DNA of 64,000 nucleotides from Lama guanicoe (Eukaryota), in assembly GCA_013239625.1 (NCBI GenBank), contig MU054096.1, positions 141,085 through 205,084 on the forward strand, in the 5' to 3' direction. The stretch's first letter is position 1; every line of letters begins with the position of its first letter. The translations under genes were made by a program, and so were the position numbers. Under the pieces are notes generated by a model. That model saw only the letters and a program-made list of their open reading frames with translations. It had not been told where the DNA came from and made no database searches. Below are positions 1-12,582 of this stretch, piece after piece.

Positions 1-313
1 TGGCATTAACCAGCAGGATGAGACGGGCAGTGAGTGACAGCCCAAGAGGAAAGAAGTATTCACACGGTGGTAACAGGTAAGGCAAGTCTCCTCAGGGACC
101 AGCAGAGTCACAGGTACAACAAGGGACAGGACTTAAAGCAACTTACTAAAAGCACGTATCATCGATACAAGGATGACAGATTAAGGCAAAGAATCTCAAT
201 AATCAAAAATAAAGTGAGTTGAAAGGAAATTTCAGATGTCAGTTTATCTCATGTTCAGCTTACGAAATACTTTATTTGAACAATGGTTACTACCTAGGTT
301 TGGCTGGTTTTGA

Positions 314-432
314 AAAATAAATTTTCTACTAAGTGTCAATATCATTAAACAATAGAAATAAATTCTCTACAAAGAGTCAATGTCATTAAACAATAAAAAT
401 AAAATTTCTACAAAGAGTAAACATCATTAAAC
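314..432. repeat. ~42-bp tandem repeat, about 3 diverged copies
   Basis: Recurring aaataaa(a)tt(t/c)tctac...tcattaaacaa units. Confidence 0.8.
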
Positions 433-980
433 AAAATACACTTGAGAATCACAAATCATCTCATTTAAATGCCACTAAAATGCATATAAAAAACAACAAA
501 AAAGCCTCCAAATTTTACAAAGCACTGGAGACTCTGTTCGGTGATTACGCCTCCCCCGGGCCCTAATGCAGAACCACCAAGAAGAAATAAACATTAAAAT
601 TTCATTTTAGTCATATCACAATACAGATGCAGTTTTCAGTTGTATCTTCCAATTAACGCTTTCGCAACTTTCACACAAATTTAGTAACAGCACAATTAGG
701 GTAAACACCACTTCAGAAATCCACCATTTGTCCACAATTATGCTCCCCTCTTCCAAAAGTCCAGCCCGGTGGACCTGCCAGGGCTGCTGAGTTAATGTCA
801 ATGACACGGCTCTGACAATACTATGACACCTGAAAGGGTACAAAGTCGTCCCGCTGATACATTCTCCCTCCCATGACCCACCCAGAATCAGTTCACATGG
901 TCCGTCCTCCCCCTCCCCCAAAGATAATACAAGTTTTTACTCAATTTATAAAACCATTCATCCAGCAAGCCATAGCAAAC

Positions 981-1067
981 TTTTTTTCTTTCTTTCTTTC
1001 TTTTTTTTCTTTTTTCTTTTTTTTTTTTTTTCTTTTCTTTTTTTTTTTTTTCTTTTTTTTTTTTTTT
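981..1067. repeat. Poly(T)/(TTTC) pyrimidine tract, A-rich on the transcribed strand
   Basis: Direct reading. Confidence 0.95.
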
Positions 1068-1270
1068 CCCTCAACTGTGCATCTTCTCCTGTTCAAATGG
1101 CTTCCCCATGTTTCCCATAGCAATTAGCTTCGGGGGAAGTCTGCTTTGGGACAGGTTAATCATGCTGGGGGTGGATTCTTGGAATAAAAGAATGCAGAGC
1201 GAGACAAATGCACACAGACACTTGCCTCTGAAGAGCTAAGCGCCTGGCCACTACCAATCTTTGTACTCAC

Positions 1271-1445
1271 TATTCTGCCTTCTGTAGCTTCTCCAAGCAG
1301 CCCTCCAAAAGTGATTACAGGAGACATACAGGCACAGTATAGGAAAAGAATCGAGGCCAGGCACTGCAGACTTAATGCATCCTTGAAGTCACTCAAGAAA
1401 AAAGGTGCTTTCCTTTTGATGTCAAGTATCAAACCACCAAAAAGC
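1271..1445 (-). CDS. SLC4A7: SLC4A7 coding exon (175 nt): [58 protein letters not shown], start of the transmembrane domain
   Basis: Acceptor tttag|G at 1445 and donor ATA|gtgagt at 1271, phase 2 to 0. Translation matches the NBCn1 TM1 region. The next exon lies before position 1. Confidence 0.97.
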
Positions 1446-2554
1446 CTAAATAGGTGAGATGAAACTCGTCAAACTGTACACTAGAGGATTCTGGCAGGTT
1501 CACACTAAAACTATGGGCTACATAAAACCGCTGGTGTCTAGTGTTTTGCCAACAAAAATTAATATTCTATGTAAATAATGGTATAAATTATAGAAGATAC
1601 ACTCATTTAATCTAATCCACTCGTAGTGGAAAGGTAAATCTCATTAAGTTAAAAGAAACACAAACATCTGTATCTTACGGACTATATACTGAAAAAACTG
1701 CAGGCAAATGATTTTATATGAGTAAATGTAATTTCAAACACAAATGTGCAAGGAAATGTACAATCAAAATAAACAAAACTTAACAGCCCATTCACGAAAA
1801 TGTACGCAAACAATTCTATCAATTATTATCTACATTATAAATCTTAAAGACAACGGTCAGAAATACCAGGAATACAATTATAATATAAACCATAAGTCCT
1901 CAAATGCCCTCTTATATGAATCTAGTATGCTATGCTTAGGCACACTCAGCAGTGAATTAACTAATTTTAATTGGTTTTAAAATTAGTATTTCAGGCACAT
2001 AAATATTTCTGGTCCAAGACTAAAACCTATTTCGCGTATGTAATTTACTGCATCAGTCAAACTGGTGTGCATTTTAATAAAACTAAGAGGTTTTAATTAA
2101 TAAATTTGAAATCTGTATTTGCACATCAAAGCCTTATCATTACAGGGTTTTTTAAATCAAACTTTTGGATACATCTAACTTGAAAGCATTGCACTGAAAG
2201 ACAGGCTCTGTGAGGGGCAGGGACTTTCCATCGCTCACTACCGTTATCTCCAGCGTCTAGAACACTGCCTGGGAAAGAGCAGGTACTCCGTGAATACCAG
2301 TGACAAATCAGTAATTCAGAAAGATTTTGTGACTCATAAAATATATAATTATTCAAATCCCTACTGAAAAAAATGCACCAAAAAATTAATCTTGTGCTTT
2401 CAAATGTTTTTTAGATGTCTCAAGCTTTGCCATTCTAGCTTTTTACAAAGTTAATACTGAAATAAAGCATAAATATACATTGACGACTGGAAGAAGTTAT
2501 CCTATAAATAATACAGGAGATTAAAAAGGCTATTTAAAAAAAAAAAGGGTGCCA

Positions 2555-2651
2555 GAGGATGAATACAGCTCAGTGGCAGAGCGCCTGCTCAGCATGCACA
2601 AGGTCCTAGGTTCAATCTCCAGCACCACCATTAAAAAAAAACAAAAACAAA
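2555..2651 (+). mobile_element. tRNA-derived SINE (camelid vic-1-like), short form
   Basis: A-box cagctcagtgg, B-box ggttcaatc, A-rich tail, flanking gtgcca repeats. Confidence 0.8.
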
Positions 2652-3615
2652 GTGCCAATTTGCAATAAAAAACAGGTGCCAATGATAGTCTAGATAATGA
2701 AACTACATCATCAAATCAATAATTTATCTGAGGTTCTTGGGTTACCCTGAGAGCAGTGGGGGCCTGGTCTGCTACTTGCCAGTGACTAATCTTATCTGAG
2801 TTTGAAGTCTTTAAAAGATGAGCTCAAATTAAATGAGCGTCGTTCCCCTGAGGGCAGAGTCTTACTCTCTGTCATACACAGAGAGTAATATATTAGTCAA
2901 TGAATTGAGGTATCCTGTATAACGTGTCCCGCTTTTTAAATAAATATTTAAGATTCAAGATCTTTTAGTTCTGTAGGGACCACCAGGGGACAAAACAGGA
3001 TCAGTATATCCACATGCTTTGTTCTTCACTATCGGCTATACCACAACATTTTCTACTTCTACAAAATATCTTAAGACAATATTTGCACCTGGCTATATTT
3101 CTATTCTTTATTCTAAAAATTAACTTCTGCAACAATTTCTCTAACTAGGTTTCCAGAGATTCTTACTAAGGTTTAATTCTGCTTATCTGTCGAGTTTTAC
3201 ATGACCTCATGATATAATGCTCATTTAAGAGTTTCGCATCTAAGCACGCACACAACACATGGGTTATAATTCCTCTCTGTTCCCATAATTCTCTAACTTC
3301 ATATGAGAATTGCAATAGGACATCACATTTTCCTCAAGAAGCTTCTGTACAGACAATTAAATTATTCTTAACATATGTTGCATAATATTTTCATTTTAAA
3401 TTAAATCCTGGTTTACAGAACCCAAAATATTCTAGTAAGCTATTTTAAAGTGCATATTAATTTTCCTTAACATCATATACCTCTACAATAATGCACATTT
3501 TTTGTACAAAATTAGTTTCCAAATAATTGCAAAGAAAAATAATGGTTTTGCCTTCTCCATTAAATCAACCCCAGCCCCCGAAAGAAACCCACACTGTATC
3601 AGCAAGTGTACCCAC

Positions 3616-3722
3616 CGTCCAGTCCTCTGTAGCTCAGGCCCAGCGTGGTGGGCGGCCTCCTTAGGGGTCTCACCCGAGCTGGGTGCAGATCCATTGGGAA
3701 ATACAGGAATCTTTCTCTTTTC
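3616..3722 (-). CDS. SLC4A7: SLC4A7 coding exon (107 nt): EKRKIPVFPNGSAPSSGETPKEAAHHAGPELQRTGR
   Basis: Acceptor gaag|GAA, donor CG|gtgggt, phase 0 to 2; fits both neighbouring exons. Confidence 0.95.
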
Positions 3723-4327
3723 CTTCATTTCACAAAAAAAAAAACACATTTTCAGAATTCTGCTTTGAGAAAGCTGAGAGCATATTCAATTAGAGGGAAC
3801 ATGAGATCTATTGATTATATATCTAACCGGTACTCCTATAAATAAATGCTTCCTAATATAAACTTCCACTTTAAAGAAACTGCACTTTGAAACAGAATCC
3901 AGTGTCTGTCTCTGTTAATATTTTAAACTTACGATTGGCTTTTTTCCACTTTATATTCTAACATCAAATATCCCATAAAACATTCACAGACATCATTTCA
4001 AATTACCACTCACCAACATGAACATAAATATCCAAAAAAGCATCTAGAATTTTTAAAATCTTACTCATGTTCACTACTGAGAAATATATTTTACTAGGAA
4101 AAAAGTAAAGGCCATTTCTCTTTTATTAAAATACTTCCCTTCAGATATAAATAGCGCAAGGGCTGTTAAACACATTTTCGTAAAAGTCAATTTCCCATTA
4201 AATTTTATTCCAAATTCAAGAGTACTATTCTCATGACAAAGCATCTTCTCCCCCTCACCTGAGTGAGCTTTTGTTACCTCCAAATGTCAGAGGTCGCTGA
4301 GCAAAAAAAAACAAAAAACAAAAAAAC

Positions 4328-4447
4328 TGTGCGCGCGCGCGCGTGCACGCGTATGTCAGAGTGCGCGTGCGCAGGCGCGAGAGTCGGGGGACAGAAAGGA
4401 GACAGAGAAAGGGGGAGGGAGGGGGCGTGAGAGGAGGGGGTGAGGGT
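4328..4447. repeat. (GC)n/(GT) alternating purine-pyrimidine tract followed by G-runs
   Basis: tgtgcgcgcgcgcgcgtgcacgcgtatg...gggggagggagggggcgtgagaggagggggtgaggg. Confidence 0.85.
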
Positions 4448-4559
4448 AATGTTCATCCCAGGAGGTGCCGCGAGGCAAGGGCTCTAGCTCAATACAGACT
4501 TGAACTACCTAGTTTACATACTCAGTATTTATAGAACAGCACAACTTATCCATAATCCT

Positions 4560-7380
4560 AAGATTACCAGCTGAAAATGTCAAAATTAAAACATCTTAGC
4601 TCAAAAGGGAAAGAGAAAACATTTAAGTTACAGAATTTCTAGAAAACAAATATACTGAAAAATACTATATATCACAATCTATGGGATACAGCAAAAGCAT
4701 CACTCAAGAAAATTAAGTAGTTATCTTAAGAGAAACAAAAGAATAAAATTAATTAATTTAAGCATTTAATTCAGGAAATGTGAAAACAAAAATCTTTCCT
4801 GAAGGAAAGTGAAAGGAATAAAATAAAACAACTAAAAGCAGAACTTGAGTTACAAAACACCATGTACTTTTTGAAAAAGGAGAACTGAAATAAATTCTAT
4901 AATAAACCACTACTAACACTCAACAAAAAGATATGACAAGGGGGCAACTTTCCAAGTTTTACATACATAAGAAATAGACACATACAGAGAGAGACCATAG
5001 TACAACCCTATGCAAATAAATGAAAAATCCTGATGAAATGGGCAGTATATTAAAAAAAAAATGATTTCCCAAAAATGACACCAGAAAATAGGAAAATAGG
5101 TAACCTTCTAGGAAAATATAATTTCCCAAAACTGATTCCAGAAAAAAGAGAAAGCTTACACAAACCAATTTCCACCAAAGAAATAAGCAAGTTGTTGAGG
5201 TCTACCCAACAAGAGGCAAGCTCAGACAATTTTACAGAGGAAGTCTTCCGAACGTTTAGAACTGAATTATTCCAAGCCACTTAAAGTCTGAAGAACACAG
5301 AAAAAAAAGTTTCTTTTTATGAAACAAATATAATGATGATACCAAAAATGTGAAAACTGCACGAACATCTATAGACCAATCTAACTACAAACAGAGACGC
5401 AAACAATTTAAATAAAACATCAGACATACACTACGGGCAGTTAAAAGCCCACGTTGGGTTTATTCCAACAATGTTTTCAAATTAAAGAGCCTATTAATGT
5501 GTTTACCATAATAATTGATAAATAATATTCATATGATCATCTCCAGAGATGCTAAAAAGCCCTTCAACAAAATTCAACATTCACTTATATTAAAAATTTC
5601 AATAAGCAGAAATTAGGGTACTTTTTTAACACGATAACATGTGTATTTTGGCACCAGAGCCAGGACTTAATGGGAGAAACACTAGGGACACTGACTACAA
5701 TTAGGAAAAAATGAAGAAATGCCCTTTAAAGTCAACTATTACTTAAAACTATTAGAGATTTTAGTCGATACAATTTGACAACAGAAAACATGCTAGAGAT
5801 TTAAGAATTAGAAAAGGAATAAAATTATCTTATTGCAGATTATATGACTGAAAAAGTACTACATACAATAAAAGAATTAAGGAAGGGAGCAAGATAAAAA
5901 AGAAATACATGGTAACAAACAGCCCTCATATACATAAAAGCAACAAACAGACAATATCACGGAACAAAGACCTCATGTAGCATAGAAACAAAGATAAAAT
6001 ATTTATGAATACACTCACCAAGAAGCCTGTAAGGAGAACTTTATCATATTCCTTAAGGACACAAAAACTGACTTGAAATAGGAAAACAACTGGGGAAAGA
6101 CATTTCATGTTCTTAAATAGACCTAATATTATAAAGATGTCAATTTTCCCTCAGTTCATTTAGAAATATAATTGCCATCACAATCTTTTTTTAAATCAAA
6201 TTTTATTTCTGTAAAGAGAAAGCTGATTTTATGGCTTATATAAAAAATAAATATGCAAAGGTGTCCAAGACAATTCAGGAAGACAAGAGTAAAGAGAGGG
6301 GTCAAGAATGAATGTAGACCTGCCAGGTATTAAAATACACCAAAAAGCCTCAGAAAATAAAGCGTGAAATTGGTCCACGAATAGACAGACCAATGGAAAA
6401 GAAATTCCAGAAACAGACCTGAACACATACGGAAATTTGGTAAATAATAAAGGCCACATGACCAATCTAGCAGAGAAATGCTTAACTTTTCTATAAATGA
6501 GGAAACCAGTCATTTAGAAAAAAGATAAACTGTTTGCAATCTCTACATAATACATCATGATAAACTCAAAAGGATAACGAATGATTTAAATCTTAAGAAA
6601 TTTAAGTGTGAGACAAAAAGATGGTAGAGGGCAATGAATAAAAAATATTCAGAGATATTCAACTTCGCTATTCAGAGAAATGCAAACTAAAACCATATTA
6701 AAATACCTGCTACAGCATGATAATGGTACCTATCAGACTGACAAATATCAGAATGATGACACCCTGTGCCAGCGAGGATGTAGGGAAACGGACACTGTCA
6801 TTCATCACCAAAATGAGTCCCGAACAGTTCCACCCGGTAAGAGGAGATTCTGGTGTTTGTTGTCTGCTAAAATTATAAAGAAGTGCCCATGTGAGGCAGT
6901 GAGACTTTCTGGGACTCCATCTCACAGACACATCTGTACAAGCCTCAGATGGCACACGGATACTGTAAGGCTTGTAATAGCAGAAGACCGAAAACAAACC
7001 ATGCCCAGGAATAGGATGAACTGTGGTGCATCCATAATGGAACACGACAACAGATCGTGAGAAAAAGGAGGAGGAATATTTCTATGATTTCTCATGATCA
7101 AATCCCCAGGAAGAATTGTTGTATGAGAAAAAAGCAAGGTGCAGAACGGTACATGTGGGATGTTGACTTCTGGCCGGAAAGAGGAGAAAACAAGTGCCAA
7201 ATAAAAACTGGAAGGAAGGGTACAGAGAACACCAGTAACAGATGGCGACCACAGGAGGGGGGCCCAGGGCTGAGAAGGCCAAGGGGACCAGGTGGGAACA
7301 CAACTTCTGAGTGTGCTTCTTTATGTGGTTTTGAGTTCTGAAAAGGCATAAACTATCTGAGAAATTTAAAAAAAAAAAAA
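4560..7380 (+). mobile_element. Ancient decayed L1 (ORF2 to 3' end); boundaries approximate
   Basis: A-rich strand bias; remnants such as catatgatcatctccagagatgctaaaaagcccttcaacaaaattcaacat (HMIISxDAxKxFxKIQH RT motif) and gaaatgcaaactaaaacc. Confidence 0.85.
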
Positions 7381-7414
7381 AAGGTAACTCAAAGGCGTAC
7401 GTGTGGATCCTTAC

Positions 7415-7561
7415 CTGAGAAGGAACGCTTTTCGGCGGCTCTATGCGTATGGAAGGGTCCCACTCCCCCGGAGGCAGGACGGTTACTTGATCTAAAAATT
7501 CATCAATTCCAGACAGGAGGTCATTTCTGTCTTTTGCTTTATAAGCTACATCATGAAAAAT
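7415..7561 (-). CDS. SLC4A7: SLC4A7 coding exon (147 nt): [49 protein letters not shown]
   Basis: Acceptor tttag|ATT, donor CAG|gtaagg; contains the SLC4 signature [16 protein letters not shown]. Confidence 0.97.
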
Positions 7562-7773
7562 CTAAAGAAAAAATAAACATATTGAGCCAAAGGATTTTAA
7601 AGTTGAGAAAACATTCTCTACACAATAACCCACTTTCAATATAAATATAAGTAAGTCCACAATAAAGACCATCACCTAAACTCTTATCCCAGAGGTCTCC
7701 ACCCACCCTGGGTAACAACTACGAGAAACAGCCCACTATTAGTACTGCCAGATGAATTAACACTAACAGTCCA

Positions 7774-7945
7774 GGGTCGGGGGAGGCGAGGGGATAGCTC
7801 CAGTGGTAGAGCGCATGCTTAGCATGCACGAGATCCTGGGTTCAATTCCCAGCACCTCCTCTAAGAATAAATAAACAAATAAATCTAATTATCTCCCCCC
7901 AAAATAAAAAAAAAATAACAATAATAAATACAAATTTTTTAAAAA
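7774..7945 (+). mobile_element. tRNA-derived SINE (vic-1-like)
   Basis: A/B boxes, ctaattatctccccc internal motif and A tail; TSD actaaca(g/a)tcca at 7762-7773 and 7946-7957. Confidence 0.88.
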
Positions 7946-8149
7946 ACTAACAATCCAACAAGAAACGAAACTAGTGATTTGTTAAGACATGGCAATTTTT
8001 AAAAAGAGAAAACTCGACATAGGAAATACTCAAAGTCGCTATAGAATAAAATAACACCGTGGTATGTCAGTCCACTTTTATGACAGTTTAATGTCATTTA
8101 CTCTAAAGGAGTGATCATGGGGATGCAAATAATTTTACTTAAATAATTA

Positions 8150-9310
8150 ATGCGTTTGATCATTGACAGTTCCTGGGTGCCTACTATGTGCCAGGCCTGG
8201 GTCTGAACACTGTGGACAGTACAGTGGACGCAGACGGGGCAAGGTCTTACACTCCAGAGCTTTGGCAGAAGGACAGTGAAACATGTAACTACATAAAAAT
8301 GTGACTGCAGGTCAGAATACATGCTCCAGTATAAATAAAGAGCTAAAGGAAGGGAAGCTGACGGGAAGAAAAGGCAGCCATGGAAGGTCTGTTAGGGGAG
8401 GCAGTGCTGTCTCCCTGACATGAGGGAGTGGGGTGGGGTGGGGTGGGGGAAGAGCATTCAGCAGAAGGAACAGCAGCTGCCAACACCCAGAGGCAGCAAT
8501 GAGTATAACACATCTGAGGGTCAGACAGGAAGCCGGTGTGGACGGAGCAAACGGGGGGGAGGAGGGGTGATGTGCAGAGGCACACAGATTTCACAGAGCT
8601 GGACTGGGCGGGTCTCCTGAGACAACAGTACAAAGTTTACATTTAAACAAACATACAACAGGGTGTCATTGACACATATGGAGAAGGAAGTTATTTACTC
8701 AAATCTTAATATTATTGATGGTACAGAGGAAAACACTGTAAGAGAAAGACCCATATTATCCACTACAATCACCAAAGAGGTCAGAGACTCCAAGCCTGAG
8801 ATGCGGCACTGGAGGCGGAAAGGAGAGGGCAGGGTAAACGCAGCACACAAAGAAGAGGTAAAATCCAGGGTCTGGTGGCCGAGACAGAACAGGGAGGAGG
8901 CTGGTTCGGGTGTGGGGGTTTCAGGCACCTTAGGACAGAAAGGAGGGATGCCTCACGAGCCCCTGACTGCAAACTCTCCCAGAGGCAGAAGTCCTGACCA
9001 GCGCAGGCCACGCTCAAAGGGAAGGTCCGCAAAAGGAGGAGAGCGGTTACAGAGAAATAGGGGAAAGGACACAGTCCTGAGGAAAACTGAAAGCTCCAAC
9101 ATCCCGAAATCCAGGATGGAGAAAATTCCCATATTTCAAGGTGGTCAGTAATTTCAAATGGGGAGCAGCGGGCGGAGAAGAAGACCAAACAGTATCCAGT
9201 GAGCCCCGACAGAAAGGGCTTAAAGGCCTTACCGAAGGCAAAGAGTTGAAGACTGAATTCGAGATAAAACAGTAAAGACAAACAGGTAGAGTTCGTTGAG
9301 CTTCAGCGTG
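8150..9310 (-). mobile_element. L2 fragment(s)
   Basis: gggtgcctactatgtgccaggc... is the reverse complement of the L2 3' end, followed by purine-rich L2-like body. Confidence 0.65.
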
Positions 9311-9383
9311 AAAGGAAAACTACCATTTAGCATGTATTTTATGCATCACAACCAGTGTCCGCATCACAGGGCATGTGAGTTAC

Positions 9384-9471
9384 CTCATCCGTCATGAGGG
9401 TGGCTATTGATCTTCCAATTTCGTGGTACTGGGGCGCCTTGCCTGCTGGACCCAATAACAGAAACAAAAAC
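9384..9471 (-). CDS. SLC4A7: SLC4A7 coding exon (88 nt): [29 protein letters not shown]
   Basis: Acceptor cttag|G, donor GAG|gtaact, phase 2 to 0; SLC4 motif [12 protein letters not shown]. Confidence 0.97.
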
Positions 9472-10951
9472 CTAAGGAAACATTAAAACACACAGATTTA
9501 AAAACAAACAACATACACACATAAATCTAGGAATCAGAAAGAAAGCATGCAAGCAGAAACATGGAAACAACACTCAGACCTCGGTTCCATCCTCACACAC
9601 CAACGGATGAAAAAAGGATTCAGACCGAAGCAGATCACAAAACTAAGACAGGCATTCAAAATTAACTTTCTACCAAGGTACTACTTTCCATTCTCTGCAG
9701 AGTAAAACAGTAAGTAAAGAATTGAACATTTTACATGAAAGTTCCCACTTTCTATACCCTTTTGAATTTTGAATAAACAATTTTTTCTGCTCTGTATTGA
9801 TGGAAAAAAGTAAACTAGTAAGTAAAGTGAATACCAGTCTCATCTGAGTACTCGCTTTTGCCTAATAAAGTAGCTAAGAGCACGCACAAGAAATCCATGG
9901 TCCCTCAAACTGCAGCATGGATAAGGACATCAATGCGGTGAGTAAGGGACTAATCCCTTTACAAGGAAAAAGCAGTTGTATTCCTAACTCCAGATTTAAC
10001 ATCAAACGTCTTACTATTTGATTTTTAATTTATTTATTAAAAATAAATATTTATTTACTCGATAGTGATTAAATAACAATTATTTAACTTCCTATTTAGT
10101 TATATCCTTATCAACACTGCAATAAAATATTAATATTCACATGTATTCAGAGTGGAAGTACTCATCTTCCTGCTTTATGAGAACTGAAAGGTCAGTCTAT
10201 GGAATTATGTTTCTCATTCATCTCAATACTATACCAGTAATACACCCAGTAAAGCTTATTTAAAACTGGCACATACATTTCAATCAAGCTGCAATTAATC
10301 CTTTGTACTTACTATTATAAAACTAATACGAAAACTTCTCAAATTATTCTCATTTGTAATTAAGTTTATATAATCAGTGGCTAACAATCGGATTACCCTT
10401 TATAACACAACTTGCTAATTCTCCTTAAAGGTATGATTACCCCCCACTTTTCATTTTTACTTAGAATGTATATTAAACAGAAGATCTGATCAGATCAGAA
10501 TAAAGCATTTTACCTAATTTGGACACATTATTACATTTAATCAAACTTGTGAGGTACTGTTACCCTCACCTTAACAGGTAAAGCTTAAGAAATTTAAGTC
10601 TGGCTTGACTGTTCCACAAAAAGTAGCAGAGCAAGGATTCCACCTGCTCTCTCTGACTTCAGCACCTGCACAGAGCACAGTATGTCTACAATAATGAACT
10701 GTTTTTAAAAACAAAGCTCCCAAGATTCTGAACTTCTTACAAAAATATGAACACAACGTATTTTTTAAAAGATGCTTTTCTGTGGGTTTTGTTTTGGTTT
10801 TGTTCTCAGTTCCAGAAAGAAAAGCTCTAATAGTCAAAGCATTGGTGAAATGACAACATTGACAATTAAAATGAGCCTTCATTACATAAAGCAACATGTT
10901 CCTCCAGTGAACAAAATGGCTTAGAGTTCAGACATGCCAGGAGAGCGTTAC

Positions 10952-11109
10952 CTGGTGGGGACAGGGACCTCGGTCAGCCCTGAGAGGAGCACGGCAGGAG
11001 CCAGCCTCACAAACGCAATTATAGGTCTTTCCAAAAAGTCCACCTCTCCCACCAGAACATTGGAGGCCTCGGCTCCCGAAGGAATTTTTCTCATGAAATT
11101 CATGTCAAC
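10952..11109 (-). CDS. SLC4A7: SLC4A7 coding exon (158 nt): [53 protein letters not shown]
   Basis: Acceptor aatag|GTT, donor AG|gtaacg, phase 0 to 2. Confidence 0.97.
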
Positions 11110-11831
11110 CTATTAACAAATAAATAATAATTAAAAATAAAGTATGCATGGTTTTTAAAAGGCTAGAGGGAAATAGGAAAGAAAAGATGCTTTTAAGACT
11201 ACTATTTGCTAATCAAAACTGGTGATCTAAGGGATGTAGAAATGCCAGAATTCTCATAGATATGAAGAATGAAGCAGACAAATACCAAAAAAGCAAGCAG
11301 AGCACATCTATCAAACAATACTCCCAACTGTTTTATTGTAATAATCTTTGCTACTTCAGAGATCTAAATTACCGAACATACAAACTAGAGAACATTTTCA
11401 GTGTACATAGCACTACTGAGTAAAAACTATTAAAGACAAAAAGAGAGTTCACAAACTAACAATGGTCCATGAAATTATACACAGCGCTAAAAATTTCATT
11501 TAATCATTATCCATCGTTTAACCTTAGAAATGAATTAGTTCCTTTAGGTTTTATGTACTTTTGTAAGTCCTTTTTTTTAAGAACTCTGGGCATCCCCCAG
11601 TATTTTCATTAAGTAGGAAAAAAATTGTATTTTTATTTAAAACTAAAATAAAGTCATTATTGGTATAGATATATGATACTGGAGGATCAAATTTAGTGGG
11701 CCTGTGTATAATTACAAAGAAAAGGTTATGAACCAAATCAAAACATGGGAACTTCATTTATACGCGGGGTTCACACAAGTCACTAAACGACCACTTACAG
11801 GGCTATCTATTAAAGTAAAACCAGCACTTAC

Positions 11832-11891
11832 GGCGGGCCTCTTGAGTCCCACACCCAGTGTGCCACAACTACAGTGCCAGGAGGCAGACTC
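11832..11891 (-). CDS. SLC4A7: SLC4A7 optional exon, probably cassette IV (60 nt, 20 aa): ESASWHCSCGTLGVGLKRPA
   Basis: Pyrimidine-rich acceptor ending gggcag|GAG, donor GCC|gtaagt, symmetric phase 0. Exactly 20 codons between the VDFSK and VDMNF exons, matching the known size and N-terminal position of NBCn1 cassette IV. Confidence 0.85.
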
Positions 11892-12299
11892 CTGCCCAAC
11901 AGGAGGTAAGGACGTGTACACAGGGACAGACCAAGTGAAAAAAAGTAAAACTGTGACAGAGGAACAGAAATAAACGGCACCTGCCACGTCTAGAGGAGAT
12001 CTACAATGTACATCATATTGACTGATTCATTTGACAAGAATAAATTGCAATTTAGTTACTGAACACTTTACACGTAGCATCTGAAATCGCTGAAGCGCCA
12101 GCACAACTATGATCGACTGAGAACAGAAGAATTAAAAACACAACAGCCTTTCAATACAGTCGGTGTCCCACATGCAAGGCTTTTATCATTTCAGAGCATG
12201 AAGCTCACTCAGCAAAGCCGTAACACACATCATCATTTAAAGTCCCTTTCTGCAAAATGTGATTTACAGATTTTGCATCATAAAATAAAGGTTTAAGAA

Positions 12300-12582
12300 A
12301 AGCAAATCTTACTTGAGATCATCACACTTAGTTCAAAGTCTGACATTGTATCCGATAGCAAATAACCATCAAAAAGTATAAATCTTACTTGAGATTAGTT
12401 CAAAGTCTGACATTGTATCCGATAGCAAATAACCATCAAAAAGTTACAATGGCCACATAGAAATCAGTTAAAGGCTTAAGGAAAATGAATCTTATTTGAA
12501 ATCATCACATGTAGTTAGAAGTCTGACATTGAATCCTACAGCAAATATCATCAAAAAATTACAACGGCCACAGAAATCAATT
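12300..12582. repeat. Imperfect tandem triplication, units of about 75-105 bp
   Basis: aatctta(c/t)ttga...aagtctgacattg(t/a)atcc...agcaaata...catcaaaaa occurs three times. Confidence 0.9.

Noticed and set aside
873..1127. Poly-Phe and poly-Lys ORFs on opposite strands
   Set aside because: Translation artefacts of the poly(T) tract.
8663..9281. Overlapping 162-aa and 166-aa ORFs
   Set aside because: They lie in purine-biased L2-like sequence and show no protein similarity that I recognise.
12300..12582. Direct repeats as a CRISPR-like array
   Set aside because: Mammalian intron, units of variable length with no unique spacers, and no cas genes.
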